Part shown: positions 47,400-61,045 of the stretch, piece after piece | How positions within the stretch are numbered: the stretch's first letter is position 1 | How the letters are laid out: every line of letters begins with the position of its first letter | Origin: Octopus bimaculoides | Taxonomy: Eukaryota | DNA length: 64,000 bases | Assembly (NCBI RefSeq): GCF_001194135.2 | Contig: NC_068993.1 | Location: 26,197,690-26,261,689 of the forward strand | Reading direction: 5' to 3' | Position numbers and translations under genes: made by a program | The notes under the pieces: generated by a model | What the model saw: the letters and a program-made list of their open reading frames with translations, nothing else | Databases searched by the model: none | What the model was told of the DNA's origin: nothing

Positions 47400-47595
47400 T
47401 GGATGTCACTTTCACTTTTCATTACCACATGAGGATAAAATTAGCTCACAAGTGACTGAGTACTCCACAGGCATGCATATTGTTAATGTAGTTCTCAGGA
47501 AGATTTAGGCTCACACAGAATATGACAAGGTTGGCCCCTTTGAATTGTGGCTACAACTTATTTTGGCCAGCTGAGTGAAATGGAGCAAGATAAAC
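47400..47595 (-). mobile_element. 3' fragment of a third tRNA-SINE family
   Basis: Homologous to 47895-48030. Confidence 0.65.
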
Positions 47596-47834
47596 CTTCA
47601 AGTGTTTGGAAGAGAACGAAAAAAGATCCTGTATAGGGTTTCACAGATCTGGAGGCCAAGCCTCCAGATAAACACCAATGCACAAGCTGTTGTTATCAAA
47701 CTGAGTGTGAGTTGAGGGCAAATACATGATGGAATAGCAATTATTTCATCTTTGCTTTCACTGCTTATACTAAACGCATGACATTTTTGCCTTACAATAT
47801 GGAACATTTCTTTTTCTTTCACTTTCTTTAAAAA

Positions 47835-48140
47835 ATGGCACTCCATCGGTTACAACAACAAGGTTCCTGTTCATCTGATCAACAAACAGTCTGCTTGTAA
47901 AATTAACGTGCAAGTGGCTGAGTACTCCTCAGGCATACATACGATAAGGTAGTTCTGAGGGAGATTCAGCCTCACAAGGCTAGTAGCCCCTTTGAAATAC
48001 AGCTACAACTCATTTGTGCCAGCTGCACAAGGTGAAGTAGAGTACCTTGCTCAAAAACACAGCATGCTGCAGGGAATCGTACTCATGACTTTACAATCGT
48101 GGGCCGAATATCCCTAACCACTGAGCCATGCACCTTCACT
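47835..48140 (-). mobile_element. tRNA-derived SINE (third family), near full length
   Basis: Minus head GCATGGCTCAGTGGTTAGG (A box), GAGTACGATTCCC (B box), TTGAGCAAGGTACT core. Confidence 0.8.
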
Positions 48141-48619
48141 CTCTTAACTGTAGAGAAAAGGAGTGAAGCGGTAGAGACAGAGAAGGGAAAGCCTCAGTCA
48201 TTTACAATAACAATTAGACTGAAATATGATTGATCTTTTCAAGCTTCTTTACTTTTAACAACGAAGAGGGAAAGACATTTAGCAATAAATAAAGGGAAAG
48301 TCTTTCAGGAGTTTACATTTTCATTCTGAGAGTTCTAGAATGATCAAGTGTTAGTTCTCTCTTCTTTGCTCCAGACCCCAGTACTTCTTTCATAGCTCTT
48401 CATGTCTTCAAGTTGGGTGGGGAAAGACCATATTTTTTTTCCAAGCATGTTTAATGTCTTCTCTACAAACTATAAACAAGCCCCACTCCCTTCCTTTTTT
48501 TCATACAAACACTAATGCACATTTCGAATGGGGTATAGCTGTGAAAAGAGCCCTACAAAATGGGTGGGGGAGAAAAGTTGCCAGCAGGTAGCTAAAGGAA
48601 ATTCAACTCGATACTTTAA

Positions 48620-48940
48620 AAAGTGTCTTCTACTATAGCCTTGGGCCAACCAAGGCCTTGTGAATGAATTTGGTAGACGGAAACTGAAAGAAGCCCATCA
48701 GATATATATATATTATATTTTTATGTGTGTGTGTGTTTGCATCTGTGTTTGTCCCCCCTCCACCATTGTTTGACAACCAATGTTGGTGTGTTTGCATCCC
48801 CGTAGCTTAGCTGTTCAGTAGAAGAGACTGAAAGAATAAGCACCAGGCTTATAGGGAATAAGTCCAGGGGTCGATTTCTTCGACTAAAGGGTGGTGCTCC
48901 AGCATGGTCACCATCAAATGACTGAAAAAAGTAAAAGAAT
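48620..48940 (+). mobile_element. CORE-SINE lacking its tRNA head
   Basis: AAGTGTCTTCTACTATAGCCTTGGGCC..GGTAGACGGAAACTGAAAGAAGCCC. Confidence 0.85.
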
Positions 48941-49284
48941 ACCAGAAGAACGTTCCGTACCCCTAAACCAAGAAGGTTCTTTGAATATGTACGATGTATT
49001 TTAAGGCTAAATAGTAATTTTGTTTACGTTTGCGTAACAGATATTTTGGTTGGATTATATAGTTATCGGTTTTATATGTCTTTCTATATTCTTTAACTGT
49101 CATAAGATAGAAATATTTCTCATGGCACCAGCACACAATTTACAGGTGCTTACATTTTTTAATATTTTCCATGAATTTTTCATGGATCCAGCTAGTCTAT
49201 ATAAATATAATACTATAAGCACACTTAAGAACACAAATATACATGAATATAAAACATGCATCCAGACACATATACCTATCATTT

Positions 49285-49627
49285 ATCTTTTACTTGTTTC
49301 ACTCACTTGACCATAGCCATGCTGGAGCACTGCCTCGAAGAATTTTTAGGGGAATGAATCAACTCCAGTGCTTATTTTTTGTTTCAAGTCTAGTGCTTAT
49401 TCTATCAGACTCTTTTGCTGAACTGCTAGATTACAGGGATATAAACACACCAACACTAGTTGTCAAGTAGTGGTGGAGGACAAACACGAACACCAGACAG
49501 ACAGATACACACACACACACACACACATGCACACATATATATATATGTATGTGTGCATGTATGTATGCATGTATGTATGCATGTATGTATGCATGTATGT
49601 ATGCATGAATGTATGTGTGTGCGTGTG

Positions 49628-49719
<92 letters not shown>

Positions 49720-49880
49720 ATGGGCAGTCTTCCAGTTTCCATCTACCAAATCCACTCAGAAGGCTTTGGTCTGCCCTAGGCTACAGTAGGGGATATTTGT
49801 CCAAGGTGCCACACAGTGAGATGGAACCCAAAACTATGTAGTAGGGGAGCAAACTTCTTACCACACGGCCACGTTGTCAC
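49285..49880 (-). mobile_element. CORE-SINE with expanded internal microsatellite
   Basis: Homologous to 3872-4322. Confidence 0.85.
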
Positions 49881-50787
49881 CTGTATATTTACATATACAA
49901 ACATCTACATATGTATGCATATACTCATATGTACATGCCCACAGCCTTTGGGCTGAAACATGTAAAAGAGTAAAAGAATAAAGGTACACCTTTACCTTTA
50001 GACTCTTATACAGTTGCAGAAGTACTTAAAGACAACCATTTAAGACAAAACCCTAGACTTGACCTGTCTCTGGCCTGTGCTCCTATACAAAACTAACTTG
50101 TTGCACTTGCATCTATATACTTGCTTGAATGAACCCTAACTATTGCTTAAAATTAAGCATTAAACATAACGAACTTGACTAGATTCAATAATGCTTTCAG
50201 CACAAAGCCCTGAATGCAACCTGTTTGTGACCTGCCTGTGGCCTATATTCCTCTACAAATCTAACACTAAGTACCAGTATTACATGCTCAAATATGCCCT
50301 AACAATAACATATAAACAATAGTTTCTTACACCAAATCTAAGCAGTTTAGCCGAAGCTGCCTAAATAGTTTTAACAAAGCTTTAATTATCAAACCAGAAA
50401 AATGTCTTACCATCTCTTCATTTCTATTGCTACCCTACAAGGGTTACTTTTATCTTTCTCCCCTCCCACCCACTCCTTATCATGCTACTTCTTTCTTCCC
50501 ACAAACTCTTTTTTATGTTCCCCATTAAAATATCCATAAAGATATTTCTATACATACCACAAAACTACTCACACTTAATTTGCAATTACATTGCTCCTAC
50601 AAGATAAAACCCCAAAATTATACGAACTTAGAAAACCAAAGTAATTTACAATCCAGTGAAGACTTCAAAGTAGCTGTTAATTTTCCCCTTAAAAAAATAT
50701 AATAAACATGTTACTCTATAGAAAGGTGTTGAGTGAGTCTCCAATTTAATGTTTGCTTTTATATCTAGCAATAAATAAAAATGAACA

Positions 50788-50864
<77 letters not shown>

Positions 50865-50977
50865 CTTCATCATCCTCATCATCCTCATGATCATTTAATG
50901 GTCATATCCCTTGTTGACATGGATTGGACACTAGCATATTCACATATATACATACATACACACAAACACACACACAT

Positions 50978-51016
<39 letters not shown>

Positions 51017-51479
51017 CACGCACGCACACACACACACATACATACATACATACATACATACATACATACATACATACATAAATACATACATACATAGTTA
51101 GTAAATGCTTAAAGAAGAATCTGGATTAACAGAGATTTTTAAAAAGAGAAATCAACTGGCTAATTTGTACATTACAAGTGAAATCTGTGAATGGAACAGT
51201 AAAAATATGCAAGACTCTTCTCAAGTTCCAAATGTGAATTTGTCTGTGTTAACTACATCCCAAAGATGGAGCCTTGTATCTTTGTTGGAAACTGGCTCCT
51301 TCCTCAGTAGAAGATTTATATAATTAAAAAATAGAAGCGATATTTATACATATACATACATAGTTCACAAATGAGATCAAATATTCTCCATACAGAAGAC
51401 ACTTAGTAGTGCTCAAAAGATTCAAAATATGTATATATATGTATATGCATAAAATGGTCCAACTTACACAGAGTACAAA

Positions 51480-51675
51480 TGACAGAGAAAATTAAAGGGG
51501 TGGACGAAAGCTATTACAAGTCCAACAGCTGTTTTGGGGGGCTTGGCAATCCATAATAATGTTTGCAGAATTAGTCCATCAGAAAGTTCTTTCAAAAAAT
51601 ACCTTCACTTTTTGATCGGATTTTGTTTCCTTTCCCTTTTATGCAAGCTGTCAAGTTTAACCCAAATACCCTGTG
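51480..51675 (+). mobile_element. 3' terminal fragment of the maT/Tc1-like family seen at 29110
   Basis: TTTTATGCAAGCTGTCAAGTTTAACCCAAATACCCTGT. Confidence 0.5.
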
Positions 51676-51747
51676 TGTGTGTGTGTGCGTACGTGCGCGT
51701 GTGTGTGTGTGTGCATGCACACATATATGTGAATGTATATATATATA

Positions 51748-51948
51748 GGGAGAATTCACACAAAAAAAACAACAGACGAAGACAGATGGTGTAGAAAACA
51801 AATAGATGTATTAGTATAATGCTCGGGAATTGAAAAAGTCTTTAATGTTACAAGCCTACGCTCTTCCACAGAAAGGAGCACAGAAAGAAACAAGGAGAGA
51901 AACAAAGAGAGAGAAAAATGTGTGTAGTGGTTAGCGATCTATCATGGC
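51748..51948 (-). mobile_element. Family A HHR element, decayed hammerhead at about 51840-51875
   Basis: Minus strand CTTT-CTGTGGA-A-GAGC-GTAG-GCTT-GTAAC-ATT-AAAG; both ends match 34334-34542. Confidence 0.75.
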
Positions 51949-52467
51949 GAATACATATCTATATTTATATATATATATACATATATATATATANNNNNNN
52001 NNNNNNNNNNNNNNNNNNNNNNNNNNNNNNNNNNNNNNNNNNNNNNNNNNNNNNNNNNNNNNNNNNNNNNNNNNNNNNNNNNNNNNNNNNNNNNNNNNNN
52101 NNNNNNNNNNNNNNNNNNNNNNNNNNTATATATATGCATGTAGTTGTATGTAAAAAACGTTTTCCTCTTTTTTTTAGTTATTGTTGCAATATCCAAATCA
52201 TATTGAACTAGAATTTTTATATGGCTAGTGGACAGGGACAGCATAAAGTAACCACTGTTGATACCTGAGTTAGTTAGGTAGGAGGTGAAGAAATTTATCC
52301 TCTCTAAGGAGGACCATGAAAGTAGCAAAGTAATGATTCAAAACACCAGATTAGCAGGGAGAGCAAGTTAGCAGAAAGAAGATGCAGTCAAGAAGGGTAT
52401 CACAATCCATGGGATTGAGTAAAAAAACTGGCACTAGACAATTTATTTATTGTAAAGCAGAAAGGTT

Positions 52468-53713
52468 ATGAGGGAGGGCTTAAAAATTCATTGTCTGACT
52501 ACGCTGGGGTGATAAATTCAACACCTCATATTAATGAATGCATTGTTTCTTTCAAGGTAAACTGATATCTGACAGTTCAAAGACAACTTCAAAAATAACT
52601 AACAGCAACTTCTCTTGAAAATGGATAAAATTTAGTATTGTAGTGTTATCAAGTACCTTCAGAAAAGGGTCTAACTTCCAAGAATATTCATACTGACATG
52701 TTTGCTACATTAGGGATGATACTTCAGCTTTATCAATAGTGCAAATGTTGCCAGCCAAATTTAGAAGAGAGGGTCTTGGAGATGGCCCAAGGTTTGAACA
52801 TCCTGCAACTGCCAAGGAAAACATTGATCATGTTCATTGCATGCTGATGGATAACAGGTAATTGACTATAAATCAAATAGCCAATGTTATTAGTATGTCC
52901 TGTGAGAAAGTTGAGAATATTCTGCACAATGAACTTGGCATTGAAGGCTTCTATTCAGTGGGTGCCACATCTCCTGACACTTGGTCAAAAGTACACCAGG
53001 TTGATCACATCACTGAAAAATCTGACATTGAAGCAGATCCAGCTGGTTTCCTTGAACGTTTTCTAATCCAGGATGAGTGTTGGCTTTATCACTTTGAGCC
53101 AGTGACAAAGAGACAATCCATGTAATGGAAACATCCCTCCTCACCTGTTCCAAAGAAGCCCAAGGTTGTTTCAACTGCAGGGAGGGTGATGGCTTCAGAT
53201 TTTTGGAGATGCAAAAGGCATTATGTTTATTAACTATCTTCAAAAACCACATCATCAATGGTGAGTGCTATATCAATTTGTTGAAGCAGTTATGAAAGGC
53301 AATTAAGACCAAATGCCTAGGAAAATTATTGAAAGGGGTCTTATTTCATCAGAATAATGCTCCAGCACACAAGTCCTTGCTTTCAATGGCTGCTGTGTGT
53401 GACTGTGGATTTGAACTGGTTGATCATCCTGCCTATTCTCTTGATTTGGTTCCAACTGGCTATCATCTGTTCCTCAACATGAAAAACATTTAGCTGGGAA
53501 CTAGTATCACTTTGATGATGTTGTCGCATCTGCTGTTGATGACTTTTTTGACCAACAGGACGAAAGCTTCTTCACCAATGGGATCCAAGCATTGCAACAG
53601 CAATAGAAGAAGTGTGTGGACCACAAGGGTACTATGTTGAAAAATAAACCTCCTTAGGTCAGATTTCTTGAGAGTATCTTGATCAGCCTGTGAACTTTTC
53701 AGCTGACTGTTAT
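52468..53713 (+). mobile_element. Full-length degenerate mariner (D34D, irritans-like)
   Basis: WVPHLLT, LIQDECWLYHFEP, KKPKVVSTAGRVMA, FHQNNAPAH, HPAYSLDLVPTGYHLF; imperfect TIRs at both ends. Confidence 0.9.
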
Positions 53714-54003
53714 ACATTATTTGAGCAAAGGTGCATTTTCCTTAGACTTGAGGGAGTGTTAGAAAAGAAAGGATAAAAACAGAAAACTATGCAAGTCCAA
53801 ATAAAGATAAGCAAGAGTCTTAAACTCCCTCACAAGGAGGTAACCACCATGCTAAGGTCTTATGCTATCCAAATCAATGGTGAGAACCTGATGGGTATAT
53901 AGACTGGACTGAAGAAGGAGAATGAGAGGAAAACTTTGCACATTCAGGAAGAGATGGTGAAAAATTATACTGAACATAAAAGTAATAGACTATATTCTTT
54001 ATA

Positions 54004-54955
54004 CCATGGGTTAGCAAACATTTTTTTTTTACCTGGGGGCCAAATAGGGTATCAAGGAATGGATAAAAGATTAGATAAAGGCAAAAACGTTTGGAACATT
54101 GGGATTGTCTGCTTAAATACATCTAATTATATTTTTCATTAGATCAATGAATGATGCATTCTAGAAAATACTGTTTTTTAGCCAATTAGTAATCAAAGAT
54201 CTCAACTTAATTGCAATTTATTACAGTCAACACATCTTTTGAATCTATTAAAGACAGAAAATCTTTAAAACATGAAATGTATGAACATGGTGCATTGAAT
54301 AGTGGTAAATTAAGTATAATAAAAAAGAAGATTCATTAATTTCAATATAAACAGTTAATGATTCAATGTGAAACTTTACACTGTTTCTTACTTGAAAGCT
54401 TTTCAATATTGGATGTTAGACTTGTTGATGCCAATAGCAAGACATTAACCTGATGGGCATCAGCTAATTTTGTTCTTGAATAGTTTTCAGTTTTTCATTT
54501 TTGAAAATAATTGCTGACAAACAATAATGCCATTTCTTTTGCATCGATAAATATGTTAGGATACTTCCCACTTGGATGAATATATTTTTAAAAGTACTGA
54601 CACATCTTCAGAATTAAATTGTGATCTCCAGATGTTGTTACACTGCATCTCAATCAATTTCATTTGATAATTTTCTGATGTAGTGTCCACTTCCACATCA
54701 ATAGCAAACAACTTGCATTCATATTCACCAAAATACCTAGACCCTGTACGTCTGTTTTTTTATGCTGGTATTCCAACAACTGCAGCTTTGTTTCAAATGA
54801 TACAATATGACCATACAGCTCATAAGTCAACTGATCTTTTCTCTTTTGTGTTGCAAATACAAAATATTTAAATGAGATGTAATATCCACAATAAATGTCA
54901 AGGCTGCAAGCCAATCAGGATCACAAAATGGGATACACATGTGTAAAAACACTTT
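54004..54955 (-). mobile_element. hAT transposon (Buster/SPIN-like), 3' part with TIR
   Basis: DPDWLAALTFIVDITSHLN, MKLIEMQC, LFSKMK..SRTKLADAH..KQCKVSH*; CCATGGGTTAGCAAAC..GGGCCAAATAG terminal motif at 54004. Confidence 0.8.
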
Positions 54956-55489
54956 GACATATATAAGCAACAAAAGAAACATTTAGAGAAAAACTTGGCC
55001 AATGTGTGGCATGATGTGTGCTATAATGATCAAAGTAAGGCTGTAATGAAGTGTGTGTCTTTAACATTAAAGGCTTAGTGTAAAAACAGGCCAAGCTTGA
55101 GCATCACACAGACTGCTGCCACAACATATTGGGAGATGAAACACAATAGGCATGGTCAGAAACAAACCCTCAACTCACCAACACCTTTGTGATGCAGTGA
55201 GAAAAAATTGTGAGCATGAAGGGGACACAAAACATTTGGTCAGAAGGATCCTGTTCAGTCATACAAGTTCTGATGAACCCTTGAAAATCACAATGCTGAA
55301 GTTATAAAAATTAGTGGTAACGATGTCTGGACAGGAGAGAGAAAGAATGATACAAAATTCTTACAAAAAATCACGTTAGTGTTTGTGTGTGTGTATAATA
55401 TTAAAACAAAATATCTTTTACATACCTCTTAAAAATTACTGGATATATTAATCCCAGATTGCAGGTTGTAGTATATTAGGTCACCGTAA

Positions 55490-56150
55490 TTCATTCATCG
55501 GAATAAAGAAAAACATTTTCCAATAATTCCGGTTTCTCCCCATCTTCCTTTTTCCAAACAAAAATAAGGGGCTTGTGGCACATTAGGCAACTGTAATGCA
55601 TGCCGTTTGAAAGGTATATATATANNNNNNNNNNNNNNNNNNNNNNNNNNNNNNTGAATTTTCCAAAAGTCCTCTCCCCACCCCAAGACTTTCCCCACAA
55701 ATTTCTTTATAACCATAATGTATGTCGTTTGAAGGGTATTTATATAAAATTTCATTAAAAGATATCCATTTTCCTTAAAGTTATGAGGGGGGAAAAATCA
55801 GATCTCGTGAATTTTCCAAAAGTCCTCTCCCCACCCCAAGACTTTCCCCACAAATTTCTTTATAACCATAATGTATGTCGTTTGAAGGGTATTTATATAA
55901 AATTTCATTAAAAAAAAAAACCATTTCCCTAACAGTTATGAGGGAAAAACATCGGATCTTTTGAATTTTCCAAAGTCCTCTCCCCACCCCCATGGAAAGA
56001 TTTTACCCACAAATTTCTTTATCATCGTAATCTATGCCGTTTGAAAGGTATTTATATAAAATTTCATTTACAAAACCCATCTTCCTAAAAGTCATGAGGG
56101 AAAAACTCAGATTTTGTAAATTTTCCGATGTCCCCATCCGCACCTCACCC
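55490..56150. repeat. Tandem repeat, about 153-155-bp unit, about 4 copies (probable subterminal repeats of the downstream hAT)
   Basis: Units start TGAATTTTCCAAAAGTCC at about 55655, 55808, 55962 and 56117. Confidence 0.85.
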
Positions 56151-56449
56151 CCATTGCTTTCCGTGCATTTTTGTTTACATATCCATTTCCTACGCATTTT
56201 TTAAATACCTGTTGCACTATTTTTTTTTATTTTGTTTCCAGGTAATATTGTAAACATTAACCAAATTATTTATTCTATTTTTGATATTTAATGTTCATTG
56301 TTACATTGGTGGACATTTCTTTGGATTATTTGTCCTATGTAAGTTGGAATTTCTCTCTTTTGACCAGGATCTTTCATTGCGTCATTGATTTCCTAAGATT
56401 ATTTTCTGTTTTATTCAAATTGACTTTCAATCCACATGCGCACATGCAC

Positions 56450-57918
56450 GCGAAATAGAAAATGAATTGAAGCAGGCAAAATTTGTAGCTATTTTTGTAG
56501 ATGAAACATCTGATGTATCAAACTGTTCACAACTGTCAACTGTTTAACATTATGTTACAAAAGATTGTGTTATTAAAGAACAATTTATTGGTTTTAATGA
56601 TGTTAGTGCAGATCGTTCAGTAAATGCTTTATCTGAACATGTTTCTAAAAGCATTGAAACATGGAAATGTGGAAACAAGTTAATTCCACAAACCTGTGAT
56701 GGCGCTGCTACAATGGCATTACAATTAAATGGGTTGCAGTCAAAAGTAAAAGAGAAATATGAAGGTGCAATCTCTGTTCATTGTTGTGCTCACGTCCTAA
56801 ATTTAGTTCTTTCACAAGCATGCTCTGCTATAAAAGAATCCAAGATTTTTTTTTTTTCTGCCATGAATGGACTGGGTACATTTTTATGAAATCACCTAAA
56901 ATGGCTAATGCATCAGATAACATTGTTAAAAAAAGATTTCTCAAAACTACAGGAACTAGATGGAACTACTCCTCACATCTTGTTCTTACTATAAAAGAAA
57001 ATTGTAATTTCGTAATTAGCATTTCTTGAAGACATCATTGAAAACCCTGTAGCATGAGATGAGACCACAATAAACTCTGCTACTGGATTCTTACATGATT
57101 TAAAAGCTCACGATTTCTTATTTTTTATTAGAAGTATTTAGTGACATATTTTCTTTCACTGATGTCTTATTTAACATCTTTCAAACTAAAAGTCATGACA
57201 TAGTGTATTGTAAAAAGCAAATTGATAACACTAGAACCATGCTCAAAAATAAACTCAATGGGTTTTTCAATATTTTATATGTTAGGAGGAAAATATGGAA
57301 TCGATGTAGCAATCGAAATTAAAAGATCCAGGAATAAATCTATTGATTCCCAACAACATTATAAAATGCTTTATAACAAAATCATTGACACAATAGTTGA
57401 CCAATTAAAAACGTAATATTCATCCTTAGAAGAGATTAAATTCATAGAACTTCTCAATTTCAGCAAAAGTGAGGAATATCGCAAAAAATTTCCAGTGCAT
57501 ACTTTAGATTCTTTAAAAACTACTTATGGTAGATTTTTTTTTTTTTTACATAATACGATTACAGAGTTAACAAAATGTTTTGTATTCTATGCAAGATTTT
57601 ACAAAGTAAACTGTGAATGATTTAATGCATTACATTTACATCAATGATATGATTGAAGCTACGCCAGAACTCCTCAATCTTTGCAACCTTATTTTCACAA
57701 TTCCGTCAATAACTGCCTCTGTAGAGCGATCCTTTTCTGCCTTGGAAAGAATTAAAACTTACCAAAAAAATACAACAGGAGGGAAAAGATTTTCAGGGTT
57801 GTCTCTTATGTAAATCTAAAAAGATTTACTTCAACAACTGCTTAAAACAGATTTCTACAACATTGTAAGAAATATATTTGCTCTGAAAGATCGAAGAACT
57901 GAATAAATTTATAAATGA
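56450..57918 (+). mobile_element. hAT transposase pseudogene (ZMYM1-like/Tip100 group)
   Basis: FVDETSDVS, EQFIGF, CDGAATM, HCCAHVLNL, TRWN, TIPSITASVERSFSALERIKT dimerisation motif. Confidence 0.9.
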
Positions 57919-58070
57919 AGGATGTAAATAATAGTCTTTTGTACATCATTTAAACAAATTTTGAACACATTAAGAACACATTAAGACAGCAACTATCATG
58001 GCCATGTTACAAAACTAATTTAGTTCTCTTAATTAAACAATTTAAAATGTGAATCAGCTCAACCAGTAAG

Positions 58071-58287
58071 TACAAGGGTGAGTTGAAAATTTCATAGGCT
58101 GACTATGAAGGAGTGATGCCAGAAACCTTGCATGCATTCATTTCAATTCCACATATTAATAACTGCATTGCTTCCTTTCAGGTAAACTGATATCTGACTG
58201 TTCAAAGAAGACTTCAAAAGTAACTAGTAATAATTTCTCTCGAAAATAGATAAAATTTGGCATTGTGGTGTTATCATGTACCTTCAG
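58071..58287 (+). mobile_element. Mariner 5' end (family of 52468) cut by a Gypsy insertion
   Basis: TACAAGGGTGAGTTGAAAATTTCATAGGCTG TIR; colinear with 52468-52650 up to GTACCTTCAG. Confidence 0.85.
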
Positions 58288-58589
58288 TGTAGGGATGAGA
58301 TGAGCCAGAAGGAAAGAGCTGTGACGTCAATGGTCAAGGGGCCAGACCAGAACAGGAAGGAGGAGAGAGAAAATGAGAGAAACAAGATCAGGATCATCTT
58401 CATTTGGCTTGACACACACACACCATGAACGGACGTCAGCGAAACGAACTAGGTGATTGGTAGTAGCAGCTGCTAACACTAGGCATGACGGGTAGGGCAC
58501 ATGCTTTGGATTTAGTACAGCTGGACAGCCAATAAGAAGGTAGGTGAACCGTAATTTATTTTCCCACATTACAGTTCCCTTGTACTACA
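58288..58589 (+). repeat. 5' LTR of the Gypsy element
   Basis: TGTAG..CTACA termini; begins exactly where the mariner sequence stops. Confidence 0.75.
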
Positions 58590-61045
58590 AGCTATTTCAG
58601 CACTCATGTATAAATATATTTCTCTGATGGCAGCAAAGATAAGGATCAGCAGCGATGCCATCAGATCTTTCTATGGCAAAAGAGATGTAGTGACCTGGAT
58701 CCGTAAGATCAAGGTAGTGGCCAAGCTATAAGGCATCAACGATGTAGAAGGTCTCATGACCCTGTACCTGGAGGGAAACGTGCTGGCACTGTACCTTGAG
58801 ACAGACGAGGAAGACCAATTGAGCATGGCGTAGATCGAACAGTGCTTGAGGGAAGCCTATACGGAGGGAACGTATGCCACGTTTGCTAAGCTGGAAACGG
58901 TCATGCAGACAGAGGAACAGGTCAATGAATATGTCGTGGAGGTTCAGAGACTGGCCATGCTATTTGGTTTTACCAGAGAGGGTCTAGAAAAGGCGGCACA
59001 ACTGGCCTTCATAAATGGCTTTCCTGATGACAACAGTGTGACTGCAACAACTGCCAGGCAGCGAGAAAATGGCAATGAGTGAGCTCATCACACAAGCCCG
59101 CATGTTGACTCAAAACACCGGGTGGAAGGCAGTGGCAATGGCAACTGCAGCAGCTCATGAAATAATACAACGACCAGTAAAAGATGAGAAGAAAAATGCC
59201 ATGGAGTGACAGCAACCGTTCATGGGCTGGTGCTTCAAGTGCCAGGGACCGCACAAAGGGATTACACAGAGATAAAGCCCAGACCCGTTTGCTACTAGTG
59301 CAGGCAGACTGGGCATATCACTCAAAGTTGCAGCCAGGGAAAAGGCCACAGGGAAGTTGCTGCCTCTCAAATTTCCCTGGGTGAGTAGAGGTGCTCGTGC
59401 AGTCGCTGCCCATAGTTGAAGTCTTGATTGGGGCAAAGGCATTCAAAACCCTTGTGGATATGGGCTGCATGACGTCTATCGTGACCCTGAGGGTGACAAA
59501 AAATGGAAGGGGATAAGTAGTGTTTGGGCGGTCGATGACAGCGAAATTGGATGTAAGGGTAGCAGCGATGTGGAGATAACGGTGTGAGGCACAGCACTGT
59601 GGTTGCAAGCGATTGTGATTGACCATGTGGTAGCTGGAATCGATTTGGTGATGGAGATGGATACGATCAACCACCTTGGAGGTGTCAGTGTTGGTGGAGA
59701 TGTGGTTTCATTTGGTGGTGCAAGGGTGTCATGTGTCATGAGTCTACAACATGAGAGAGAGCAGAGGTCCGTGAGGGACTGTACTGCTTACACCATTGAG
59801 GACAAAGGTTTTCAGGTGGTGGACGGTAGAGTGGGGCTGGAAAGGAGAGCCCCTGATGCTGAAGAACAGGCTGAGCCACTACCAGCATACATTGAAAGGA
59901 CATGCCAGGAGTGAGTTTGAAGGAGAGGTAGAGCAGTGGATTAAGGAGGATGTCCTTATCATGTGGGAGGAAGAGGTGGTGAGTAGAGTGCTACCACAAA
60001 TGGCAGCGGTGCAGCCAACAAAGGGCAAAGTCAGGTCAGTACTGGACTTTTGGGAAATGAATGGCCATGTATCGTACCACATGGGCAGTGAGGTGACTGA
60101 CATCTGTGCTGAAATGTTGCATGAATGGAGACATATGATGAGGGCAGCAAAGATTGTCGACTTGAAGACGGCATATTTGCAGCTCCATGTAAGTGAGAAA
60201 CTGTGACAGTATCAGCTGGTGTGATATAAGGGCCAGATATACTGTTTGGCTAGGCTGGGTTTCAGGCTAAATTCTGCACCAAAGATCATGGCAATAGTTC
60301 TTAAGTCTATCCTGGGAAAGGTGGACAGGACAAGAAGTGCCATCAATTCCTATATAGACAACATCTTAGTAGACAAGACTAGTGTCAGCTACAGAGGTTT
60401 TAAGTCATCTAAAGTAGTCTGGGTTGATTGCAAAGCCACCAGAATCAATGGTTGGAGGAGCTGCACTAGGGCTCAAGCTTCAAAGAGATAAAACAGGCTC
60501 AATGTTTTGGAGGGGGAATGAAATCCCAGAACTAGATACCAGCATCAGCAGGAGAGAACTATTCACGATGTGTGGGAGACTAGTGGGTCACTACCTAATC
60601 ACAGGGTGGCTACGAACAGCATGCAGCTACACCAAGACATGAGCAGATGGGGCAAACTGGGGAGACAAAGTGGGAGAGGTGTCGGTGGTGATGATGCAGG
60701 AGATCTTAGGGAGGACAAGAGAAGAAAACCCAATAAGAGGGAAATGGTATGTGCCCAAACTGGAGAATGAGACCATATGGTGCAATGCTAGCAACATAGT
60801 GATAGGGTTGAACTGGAAATTGAAGGCATCAAAGTGGAGGGCACAGCCTGGCTTCAAAAAGCATAAATTAACAACCACATCACTGTGGCTGAGTTGGACG
60901 CAGTGCTGAAGTGGGTGAATTAGACCTTGAAGTGGGGGCTGCACTCCATCGAAATCCAAACTGATTCAGCCGCCATGCTTGGCTGGGTAGAATCAGTGAT
61001 CACTGATGACAGGAGAGTTTGAATCAAAGGGGCTGCAGCTGCAGG
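58288..61045 (+). mobile_element. Ty3/Gypsy LTR retrotransposon (gag, PR, RT, RNase H); 3'-truncated, integrase and 3' LTR absent
   Basis: gag DVVTWIRKIKVVAKL..LYLEG; protease LVDMG; RT VQPTKGKVRSVLDF, VDLKTAYLQ, RLGFRLNSAP, YIDNIL; RNase H WCNAS, AELDAVLK, TDSA. Confidence 0.9.

Noticed and set aside
50000-50650. Possible ancient Penelope GIY-YIG remnant
   Set aside because: Only faint Cys-containing patterns; too degenerate to call
51105-51323. 72-aa protein-like ORF (MLKEESGLTEIF..)
   Set aside because: No recognisable homology or convincing splice sites; length is compatible with chance
56450-57918. Domesticated ZMYM1-like host gene
   Set aside because: Multiple stops and frameshifts indicate a dead hAT transposase
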